Below, one piece after another: positions 45,219 to 51,762 of a DNA stretch of 57,309 nucleotides (position 1 is the stretch's first letter; every line of letters begins with the position of its first letter). The translations under genes were made by a program, and so were the position numbers. Location of the stretch: the NCBI GenBank assembly GCA_943359365.1, contig CALRHG010000002.1, forward strand, positions 1 through 57,309. Reading direction: 5' to 3'. The notes under the pieces were generated by a model. It did not search any database and was not told where the DNA came from. It saw nothing but the letters and a program-made list of their open reading frames with translations. The stretch comes from Candidatus Nomurabacteria bacterium. GTDB lineage: Bacteria > Patescibacteriota > Minisyncoccia > Phycocordibacterales > UBA9973.

Positions 45219-45320
45219 ATTCTCCTCTTGAGGAGTACCCTGAGGCTTTTCCTCAGGGGGAGGTGGATGAATTTTGTCCACCCCGTCTCGGATTACCGAG
45301 CCACCCCTCAAGAGGGGAAT
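45219..45320 (+). repeat. GC-rich multi-hairpin repeat, family D copy 1
   Basis: ATTCTCCTCTTGAGGAGTACCCT..AGGGGGAGGTGGA..TCCACCCC..(variable hairpin)..CACCCCTCAAGAGGGGAAT. Begins 2 nt after the stop codon. Confidence 0.85.
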
Positions 45321-45328
45321 AAACAAAG

Positions 45329-45337
45329 TTATCCACA
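45329..45337 (+). promoter_or_regulatory. perfect DnaA-box 9-mer TTATCCACA upstream of TATAAT at 45371
   Basis: Same GTTATCCACAT 11-mer. 33 nt separate it from TATAAT (45371-45376), ahead of gene 45516. Confidence 0.4.
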
Positions 45338-45515
45338 TTTTTTGTTGTGTTGTAATTTTGGTTTGTGCTGTATAATTATAAGTGTATAAAAGTGTCGAAT
45401 ACTTTTTACTATCTTTGATTATTTATAAATGCATTATTAAGTAATTTAAGAAATATTAAAAGTTATTATTAATTTTATTTATTTTTTTAGATAAATAAAG
45501 GTTCTATTATAAATT

Positions 45516-46904
45516 ATGAAAAAATTATTTAAAGGTTTAGGCATTAGTTTCTTGGCTCTAGCCCTTGTCGTGGGTGTCGGAGCAGGTTCTGCAAACGCAG
45601 CCCTTACTTTTGGTGCTACGAGTGTTACTACTGATGGAGCTTTTACGGTTACAAGTGTAGCTGGTACTTCTGTTAACATGTTTGCGGCAAATACTACTGG
45701 TTCTATAAACATCGGTGGTACTTCTCAAACTTCTGGTGCTACCACTCTGTATGGTGGTACAGGAACAGGTGCCATTACTTTGACTCCAGGAACTGCTGGA
45801 ACAATAGTTATCGGTGCTGCTGCTGGAACAGGGGCGATTAGTTTAGGTACTTCATCAGCTGCTCAGTCAATCAATATTGGTACTGGTGACGCTGTCAAGA
45901 CAATTGTCGTAGGTAATTCTACAGCCGGTGGTGCTTCTATAACTACCATCCACGCTGGTACGGGTGGTTTGAATTTGGCTACTACCGCTGACGCTCGAAC
46001 TATAGCTATCGGCACAGGCGCTGCGGCGAATACTTGGAACATTGGTACAGGTGATGCTATTCAGACCGCCAATCTTTTCACTGCTTCCTCTGCTCATGTG
46101 ATCACAATCGGTCACAACACAGCTGGTGAAGCTAGTCAGTTGATATTGGGTGTTGGTACAGGAGGTTTAAGCATTGGTACTACAGCTGATGCCAGAACTT
46201 CTAATATCTTAACCGGTGCAGCTATTCAAACAGTTAACATTGCTACTGGCGCTGCTGCGAATGTTGTAACCATTGGTTCTACGACTGGCGCTGCGTCTAT
46301 GACTTTGAATGTTGGTACAGGCAACTTTGCTTTGGTTACTGCCGCTACTTCAACTATTACTATAGGTGCTGCTCAAACATCTGGAACTACGACTCTCGGT
46401 GGTACTGCTCAAACAGGAACTATTACTCTCGGATCTTCATCAGGTACAAATATAGTTAATGTTGGTACTGGTGCAGGAGCTACCACTGTAAACATTGCAA
46501 CTGGTGTTGCCGCAGATGTTGTTAATATTGCTACTGGTGGTACTGGAGCACAAGTCGTGACTATTGGTACTGCAACTTCACGAAGTAATCTTGCTGGCAA
46601 GCTTGTTATAAGTAGTACAGAAACTATTGTAGCAGGTGGTACAACTACTGCTCTTAGCTTATTTAAACCCGTTCATTATATAGATTCTGATGCAGGTGGT
46701 GATATTTTTACTCTTGCTGATGGTGTAGATGGACAAATTACTACAATACTCTTAACTTCAAGTACTGGTGTTGCAACAGTTACTCCTGCAAATGCTGCGG
46801 GTGGTACAAGCTACACTTTAAATGCCGATGGAGAGAGTTTAATCCTTCAATTCATGGACACAGAGTGGTTTATTGTTGGAGGAAATGGTTACACAATAAT
46901 CTAA
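45516..46904 (+). CDS. secreted Gly/Thr/Ala-rich beta-solenoid-like repeat protein
   Basis: 462 aa with signal peptide ..GAGSANA. More than 20 degenerate repeats of the type x-I-G-T-G-x-A-x-x-T-x-x-I-G, then a non-repetitive ~100-aa C-terminal domain. Confidence 0.7.
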   Translation: MKKLFKGLGISFLALALVVGVGAGSANAALTFGATSVTTDGAFTVTSVAGTSVNMFAANTTGSINIGGTSQTSGATTLYGGTGTGAITLTPGTAGTIVIGAAAGTGAISLGTSSAAQSINIGTGDAVKTIVVGNSTAGGASITTIHAGTGGLNLATTADARTIAIGTGAAANTWNIGTGDAIQTANLFTASSAHVITIGHNTAGEASQLILGVGTGGLSIGTTADARTSNILTGAAIQTVNIATGAAANVVTIGSTTGAASMTLNVGTGNFALVTAATSTITIGAAQTSGTTTLGGTAQTGTITLGSSSGTNIVNVGTGAGATTVNIATGVAADVVNIATGGTGAQVVTIGTATSRSNLAGKLVISSTETIVAGGTTTALSLFKPVHYIDSDAGGDIFTLADGVDGQITTILLTSSTGVATVTPANAAGGTSYTLNADGESLILQFMDTEWFIVGGNGYTII

Positions 46905-46916
46905 TTATTTTGTTTT

Positions 46917-46953
46917 CCGCCTGCAACGCTTTAGCGTAGCACTGCGGGCAGGC
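46917..46953 (+). repeat. GC-rich hairpin repeat, family C copy 2
   Basis: CCGC-C-TGCAACGC-TTTA-GCGTAGCA-C-TGCGGGCAGG. One stem pair is swapped T-A to A-T relative to copy 1. Confidence 0.75.
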
Positions 46954-47071
46954 TTAAGTCTATTATCAACAAAAAAATATGCAGGATTTTTCTAAATCTT
47001 TCTTGCTTGCCCGCCGAAGCCTTGGCGTAGGCGGGAGGTCGAATCCTGTATATATAATCTTAAAAAACAAA

Positions 47072-48226
47072 ATGATTAATAAATTAAAATTGGGTTTACT
47101 GTCTCTAGTGGCGCTCACGCTTTTCGGATTTGTCGGTGTGCAAAGTGTAAATGCTCAAGCGTTGACTTACAGTGCAGATACGCCTATTAATTTTTCTGGA
47201 AGTGGTTATACTTTAACTATCAAGTCCGGTTCGGTAGCTACTTCAGTCGTGGTGAATGCAAGTAGCTTAGATGTGGTTGTACCGATAAGTAGTACCTTTA
47301 CTATTGCATCAACCAACAATACAGACCTTTCCGGTGTTGGTGGTGCGACCAGCACTACTAATACCTGTAGCGGTACTACCAATACTCGGGTTATTACAAC
47401 CGGAGCCGGTGATACGGGAACTTATACCATCACTCCAAACGGTAGTGTCTGTGCCGCTAGTTCTGGAGGTGGTGGAGGAGGTGGTGGGGGTTCTTATACT
47501 CCACCTGCTGCGGACACAACTCCTCCATCTGCTACTTCAGTCAGCATAAATGCTGGAGCAGTGACAAGCACTACTCTTACAGCTACTCTGACTCTCGCCG
47601 CTACAGATGCTACGCAAATGATTATTTCCAATGATGCCGGTTTTACTGGAGCACCTTGGGAAACATATGCAACTAGTAAAACTTGGACGCTTACGACAGG
47701 TGACGGAGTGAAGACAGTTTATGCTAAGTTTCGAGATGCTGCTGGTAATATGTCAACGGCCGTCTCAGACACCATAACTGTTTCTGGGACTGGAACCATC
47801 GCGGTAGTCACACCGCCTACGCAAGGTTGTTCTGGTAGTAACCAGTACAACATTTCGACTGGAGCATTGTGTGTGAACAATACTGTCAATCCTTCGGGTC
47901 AAATTCCAGGATGTGGCAATAACACAACTGGATTTAGCACAGCGACAGGTGGGTCTTGTGTTGGAAATCGTCCAACAACTGTTACTGCATCAATATCATA
48001 CAACTTAGGCACTGCTACTCTTAAAAATGGGAGTAAGGGTGAAGCAGTCAAGGAACTTCAGAGAGTCTTGAATAAGATTCTTAATCTTGGCTTGGTGGTT
48101 GATGGTAAATTGGGTCCAAAGACTATTGCTGTGATCAAAACATGGCAGAAGAATCATGGTCTCAAAGCTGATGGTCTCGTCGGTAAGCTCACAAAAGCTG
48201 CGATGAAAGCTGAAGCGGAGAAATAA
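47072..48226 (+). CDS. secreted protein with a Gly9 linker, an Ig-like domain, two Cys-loop modules and a C-terminal PG_binding_1 domain
   Basis: Start set at ATG 47072; the track start 46979 runs through hairpin repeats. Signal peptide ..VQSVNA, GDGVKTVYAKFRDAAGNMS, and C-terminus LKNGSKGEAVKELQRVL...DGKLGPKT...WQKNHGLKADGLVG. Confidence 0.7.
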   Translation: MINKLKLGLLSLVALTLFGFVGVQSVNAQALTYSADTPINFSGSGYTLTIKSGSVATSVVVNASSLDVVVPISSTFTIASTNNTDLSGVGGATSTTNTCSGTTNTRVITTGAGDTGTYTITPNGSVCAASSGGGGGGGGGSYTPPAADTTPPSATSVSINAGAVTSTTLTATLTLAATDATQMIISNDAGFTGAPWETYATSKTWTLTTGDGVKTVYAKFRDAAGNMSTAVSDTITVSGTGTIAVVTPPTQGCSGSNQYNISTGALCVNNTVNPSGQIPGCGNNTTGFSTATGGSCVGNRPTTVTASISYNLGTATLKNGSKGEAVKELQRVLNKILNLGLVVDGKLGPKTIAVIKTWQKNHGLKADGLVGKLTKAAMKAEAEK

Positions 48227-48228
48227 TA

Positions 48229-48394
48229 ATTCTCCTCTTTGAGGTGAGCTTGGGGTAGGAACCCAAGCGCAAGACCTTGAGCACTGAAAGTGCGAAAGGT
48301 GTACAGCTCCTGTAAGGAGTACCCTTTAGGGGGAGGTGGAAGAATTCATCCACCCCGCTCCGACTTTGGTCGGAGCACCCCTCAAGAGGGGAAT
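48229..48394 (+). repeat. GC-rich multi-hairpin repeat, family D copy 2 (with a ~70-nt internal insertion)
   Basis: Same termini and core as 45219-45320. Begins 3 nt after the stop codon. Confidence 0.85.
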
Positions 48395-48444
48395 AAAATC
48401 TCACAAAAAATCTCACAAATGGGGGATTTTTTGTTTTGGGAAAG

Positions 48445-48453
48445 TTATGCACT
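48445..48453 (+). promoter_or_regulatory. DnaA-box-like 9-mer TTATGCACT (8/9) upstream of TGtTATAAT at 48483
   Basis: 29 nt separate it from the extended -10 ahead of gene 48534. Confidence 0.3.
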
Positions 48454-48533
48454 TTTTGTATTGTTAAAAATATATTAAATGTTATAATGAGCGCATTAAA
48501 AGTCGTTCCAATTATTAGCTATTTATAATTTTT

Positions 48534-49646
48534 ATGAACAAAAATGTAATCATAGGTGTGCTAGCAGTAGCAGTTATCGTCGGGGGCGGGTATTTATTGT
48601 CGCAAAATAAACCGGTTCCTAAAGAAGAAACTAAAACAGAGACAAAAACAGATACAAAAACTCCTGTAACGAAGACCCCTGCGACTCCTCCGGCGACAGT
48701 TCCGCCGCTTGTGCTCGGCGCGCCGACAGTAGAGACAAGTCCAAATTATAACGCTTCGATCTCTACGGCATTTGTGACGGGCCTAGTAAATCCAAAAGGG
48801 GTTTCCACTATTTATTGGTTTGAATATGGCGAAACTGCGTCGCTTGGCAGTAGGACAACAACGCAACAGATCGGTTCCGGTTTTTATAATATTTCTGCGC
48901 CGGCGCTTATCACAGGCTTGCGTTCAAATACTTCGTACTATTTTCGCCTCATGGCAAACAATAATTTTGGCACGGTCTATGGCGCCACTTTCTCTCTGAA
49001 GACAAACATGAATCCTGCGCCAAAAGCAGCAATGCCTACTGTCAAGACAAACAGCGCGAGCGACGTCTCGCGCACGAGTGCGAAACTAAATGGGCAAGTA
49101 AATCCAAACGGCTGGCAGACGAATTATTGGTTTGAGTACGGCACGACTACCGGTTTGGGAAGTGTAAGTTCGATAACGGGGGTGGCTGATAATTCTACTT
49201 CCTCATCTTCTGTATCTGATTCTCTCTCCGGTCTTGCGCCTCTGACTAAATACTATTTCCGCATCAATGCGCAAAATCAGTACGGCACGGTGAACGGCTC
49301 AACTTTGAATTTCACTACTTCCGGTCCGGCCAACCCTTCGGCTCCGGCAGTCACTACCAACAACGCTTCCAATATCACGAAGAATGAAGCAAGGCTAAAC
49401 GGACGCATCAACCCAAACGGAGCGGAGGCTAATTATTGGTTTGAATACAGCGAGGATTCCTTGCTCGGATCTATTCTCGGCACCACTTCGCCTATTAAGA
49501 CTATCAATGCCGGCAATAATAGTGTCAGTGTAAATGAAAACATAAGCGGACTCGCCAAAGATACTAAATACTACTATCGCCTGGTGGGCAGGAATTCAAT
49601 CGGCACAGTTCAAGGTAGCATAGTTTCTTTCACGACTAGGGATTAA
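48534..49646 (+). CDS. membrane-anchored protein with three tandem ~95-aa Fn3/Ig-like repeats
   Basis: 370 aa with an N-terminal TM and Thr/Pro linker. Three repeats share ..LNG.VNPNG..T.YWFEYG.....GS......LSGL...TKYYFR..A.N..GTV.G....FTT. Confidence 0.7.
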   Translation: MNKNVIIGVLAVAVIVGGGYLLSQNKPVPKEETKTETKTDTKTPVTKTPATPPATVPPLVLGAPTVETSPNYNASISTAFVTGLVNPKGVSTIYWFEYGETASLGSRTTTQQIGSGFYNISAPALITGLRSNTSYYFRLMANNNFGTVYGATFSLKTNMNPAPKAAMPTVKTNSASDVSRTSAKLNGQVNPNGWQTNYWFEYGTTTGLGSVSSITGVADNSTSSSSVSDSLSGLAPLTKYYFRINAQNQYGTVNGSTLNFTTSGPANPSAPAVTTNNASNITKNEARLNGRINPNGAEANYWFEYSEDSLLGSILGTTSPIKTINAGNNSVSVNENISGLAKDTKYYYRLVGRNSIGTVQGSIVSFTTRD

Positions 49647-49690
49647 GTGGTACAATAGATTCATTAATAATTATTATATAAGCTATATTT

Positions 49691-50149
49691 ATGAATAAAG
49701 ATAAAAAGATATTTGTTGAGCTAGCGATAGTTGTGATTTTGGTTGTTGTTGGATTCTGGATAATGGGTAAAAGTTCTACTGCTCCTGTGGTAGATAAAAG
49801 CGGAGCTGAAGTGACTCCGGTAGAGGATGTAAGCGAAGGTAGCGTGAATGTCGGCGTGCCTGCGGCGTCTATCAGTTATACGCAAGCTTTGACAAAGTAT
49901 AAAGATGCCCGTATTCAGCTCGATATGGATTGTCGGGCGAATCCAAACAATGCCACTTACAAGAACAACTCTTCTATTATGATTGATAATCGTTCAGATA
50001 AAGTGCGCACAATCAAAGTCGGCTCGACGTTTTCTATCAAGGCTTATGGCTTTAAGATCGTAAATCTTTCTAGCGCAACCTTGCCGACTACATGGTATGT
50101 AGACTGCGACGGCTCTCAAAATGTCGCGACTATTTTGATTCAGAAGTAA
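49691..50149 (+). CDS. hypothetical membrane-anchored protein
   Basis: 152 aa with N-terminal TM FVELAIVVILVVVGFWIM. Confidence 0.55.
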   Translation: MNKDKKIFVELAIVVILVVVGFWIMGKSSTAPVVDKSGAEVTPVEDVSEGSVNVGVPAASISYTQALTKYKDARIQLDMDCRANPNNATYKNNSSIMIDNRSDKVRTIKVGSTFSIKAYGFKIVNLSSATLPTTWYVDCDGSQNVATILIQK

Positions 50150-50154
50150 AACCC

Positions 50155-50223
50155 CCTCACCCCGTCTGCTGCTGCATCCACCCCTCTCCATAAAAATTTT
50201 ATGGAGAGGGGCCAGGGGTGAGG
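50155..50223 (+). repeat. GC-rich nested hairpin repeat, family A variant (complete form)
   Basis: Outer stem CCTCACCCC (50155-50163) / GGGGTGAGG (50215-50223). Inner stem CCCCTCTCCATAAAA / TTTTATGGAGAGGGG (50181-50211). Confidence 0.8.
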
Positions 50224-50225
50224 CG

Positions 50226-50258
50226 AAAAATACCCACTTTATTGTGGGTATTTTTTTT
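50226..50258 (+). terminator. intrinsic terminator
   Basis: AAAAATACCCAC-TTTATT-GTGGGTATTTTTTTT. Confidence 0.8.
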
Positions 50259-50275
50259 GCTACAATAGCTAATAT

Positions 50276-50467
50276 ATGATGGAAATTGTGTTCAAAATCT
50301 GGTATTTGGTTGCGATCTTGCCTTTTATAATTTTTTTGGAGGGCAGTTCTAAATTCGCGGTTTTTTTGAAGAAAAAGGGGATATATGCATATTGGGATGT
50401 GTTTCATTCTTATATTGTGATTTTGATTATTTTGGGTGTTATATTATGGCTGCAGGGATACCGTTGA
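50276..50467 (+). CDS. hypothetical small membrane protein
   Basis: 63 aa with two hydrophobic helices. TGCTACAAT extended -10 at 50259-50267, so possibly a near-leaderless mRNA. Confidence 0.35.
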   Translation: MMEIVFKIWYLVAILPFIIFLEGSSKFAVFLKKKGIYAYWDVFHSYIVILIILGVILWLQGYR

Positions 50468-50574
50468 ATCTAGCTAGGCAAGACCTAGCTATAAATATAT
50501 GATTACAAAACATTTTTTCAAAACACTGCTGATTTTCACACTACTAATTGCCCTCGGGCTTTTGGCTGTTTATT

Positions 50575-50602
50575 TTGCAAAATAAAGCAAATATGTTATA
50601 GT
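50575..50602 (+). promoter_or_regulatory. sigma70-type promoter for rplJ-rplL
   Basis: TTGCAA - 16 nt - TATAGT with TGt immediately upstream (extended -10). Confidence 0.55.
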
Positions 50603-50686
50603 GGTTTTACCGCAGAGAAAGCAGGCTCAAGATTTTTCTTGTCTAAGTCCTGCCCAGTGGGTCGAGCGGTTTTGACCGTTTTTTTT

Positions 50687-50770
50687 ATTCTCCTCGTTGA
50701 GGAGTACCCTTCAGGGGGAGGTGGAGAATTCATCCACCCCGGCGCAAGCGCCACCCCTCAAGAGGGGAAT
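50687..50770 (+). repeat. GC-rich multi-hairpin repeat, family D copy 3 (inside the rplJ 5' leader)
   Basis: Same termini and core as copies 1 and 2. Ends 10 nt before the rplJ ATG. Confidence 0.85.
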
Positions 50771-50780
50771 CAAATACACT

Positions 50781-51269
50781 ATGTTACAAAAATCAAAAAA
50801 AGAAGAAATAGTGAAAGGTCTGGAGAGCGCGATAAAGGGTTCGGAGTCTTTGGTCTTCGTGAACTTCCATGGACTGAAAGTAAGCGATGAGACGAAGTTA
50901 CGACGTGAACTGCGAGCCGGAGGAGTCGGCTACAAAGTTTCCAGAAAGACTCTGCTCGCCCGCGCACTCAAAGGCAAAGCGGAGGGAGAAGTTCCAAAGC
51001 TTGATGGGGAAGTGGCTATAGCTTACTCTAAGGACGAGATAGCGAGTCCGCGCGAAGTTTACAACTTCCAAAAGACGCACAAGGGAATAGTTCTTACCAT
51101 CTTGGGAGGAATCTTTCAGGGGAAATTTGTGGGCAAAGAAATGATGATGGAGCTCGCAACCATACCAAGCAGGGAAGTATTGCTTTCCAAATTAGCGTTC
51201 TTGCTACAGAGTCCTATGCAACGCTTGGCTATCGCGGTGAATGAAGTGTCGAAAGGGAAAGGTGCATAA
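50781..51269 (+). CDS. rplJ: 50S ribosomal protein L10
   Basis: Start set at ATG 50781; the in-frame upstream part of track ORF 50697 is the family D repeat. MLQKSKKEEIVKGL...LVFVNFHGLKVSD..KLRRELR..G...KVSRKTL. Confidence 0.9.
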   Translation: MLQKSKKEEIVKGLESAIKGSESLVFVNFHGLKVSDETKLRRELRAGGVGYKVSRKTLLARALKGKAEGEVPKLDGEVAIAYSKDEIASPREVYNFQKTHKGIVLTILGGIFQGKFVGKEMMMELATIPSREVLLSKLAFLLQSPMQRLAIAVNEVSKGKGA

Positions 51270-51286
51270 TTATAAGATAACAGGTT

Positions 51287-51349
51287 CTAGTTTCTAGGTT
51301 CTAGGAAATGAAAATTACTAGCAACTAGTCACTAGCACCTAGCAACTAA
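51287..51349 (+). repeat. heptad-periodic CTAG array in the rplJ-rplL spacer
   Basis: CTAG starts at 51287, 51294, 51301 and at 51318, 51325, 51332, 51339. CTAA at 51346 continues the phase. Confidence 0.9.
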
Positions 51350-51353
51350 TACA

Positions 51354-51722
51354 ATGTCAAAATTTGATGCATTTTTAAAAGATTTAGAGGGAGCTTCCGT
51401 CTTGGAGCTCAATGAACTAGTAAAGGCTATCGAAACAAAGTTCGGAGTATCAGCTGCTGCTGTGGCTGCTGGTCCTGCCGCAGGCGCAGGTGCCCCGGCA
51501 GCGGAAGAGCAGAGCGCATACACTGTGATGCTCGCATCTGCCGGCGAACAGAAAATCGCGGTCATGAAGATCGTGAAAGAAGTCTTGGGTCTAGGTCTAA
51601 AAGAGGCAAAGGACTTAGTTGACGCCGCTCCTTCAAAGCTGAAAGACGGCATGAAGAAAGAAGAGGCTAATACACTCAAGAAAAAGATTGAGGAAGCTGG
51701 TGGGAAAATCGAATTGAAGTAA
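51354..51722 (+). CDS. rplL: 50S ribosomal protein L7/L12
   Basis: 122 aa with [32 protein letters not shown], an Ala/Pro/Gly hinge and C-terminal domain ..[24 protein letters not shown].... Confidence 0.95.
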   Translation: MSKFDAFLKDLEGASVLELNELVKAIETKFGVSAAAVAAGPAAGAGAPAAEEQSAYTVMLASAGEQKIAVMKIVKEVLGLGLKEAKDLVDAAPSKLKDGMKKEEANTLKKKIEEAGGKIELK

Positions 51723-51762
51723 GCTTTGCTAAAAAGTGTAATTTATGGTATAAACAACAGAT

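Noticed and set aside
45219-45320. The family D repeat as a tRNA-like or tRNA-derived element (closing stem plus three hairpins).
   Set aside because: It has no T-loop (GTTCRA) or D-loop signatures and no 7-nt anticodon loop. Arm lengths vary (copy 2 has a ~70-nt insertion) and there is no discriminator/CCA context.
45147-45389. ORFs 45147-45389, 48290-48478 and 50639-50890, which share the peptide ..GGGG..HP..TPQEGN...
   Set aside because: They are translations of the family D nucleotide repeat. The variable hairpin changes by compensatory nucleotide changes and not by synonymous changes. The ORFs also start or stop at arbitrary flanking positions.
47465-47491. The Gly9 tract (GGA GGT GGT GGA GGA GGT GGT GGG GGT) in ORF 47072 as a slippage/phase-variation site.
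   Set aside because: The codons are mixed and do not form a homopolymeric or perfect short tandem repeat, so slipped-strand mispairing is unlikely. It is most simply a flexible linker.
50603-50686. A possible SRP RNA, L10-leader Rfam-type element or other known small RNA upstream of rplJ.
   Set aside because: I could not find the conserved SRP domain IV motif (GGAAGCAGCC-like) or any other diagnostic sequence. I can only report generic hairpins without running a covariance-model search.
50697-50780. N-terminal extensions proposed by the ORF track for rplJ (50697), ORF 47072 (46979), the TPR protein (44003), ftsK (38526), ileS (16609), dut (12184), argS (12650), tatD (29309) and the MBL protein (6787).
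   Set aside because: The extensions run through terminators, hairpin repeats or the preceding gene. Internal ATGs give N-termini that match the conserved family starts.
51308-51328. The mini-ORF ATG AAA ATT ACT AGC AAC TAG inside the CTAG array as a coupling peptide for rplL.
   Set aside because: The AGGA is only 1 nt from this ATG, and the stop lies 25 nt before the rplL start. Nothing distinguishes it from chance within an array that closes all frames.
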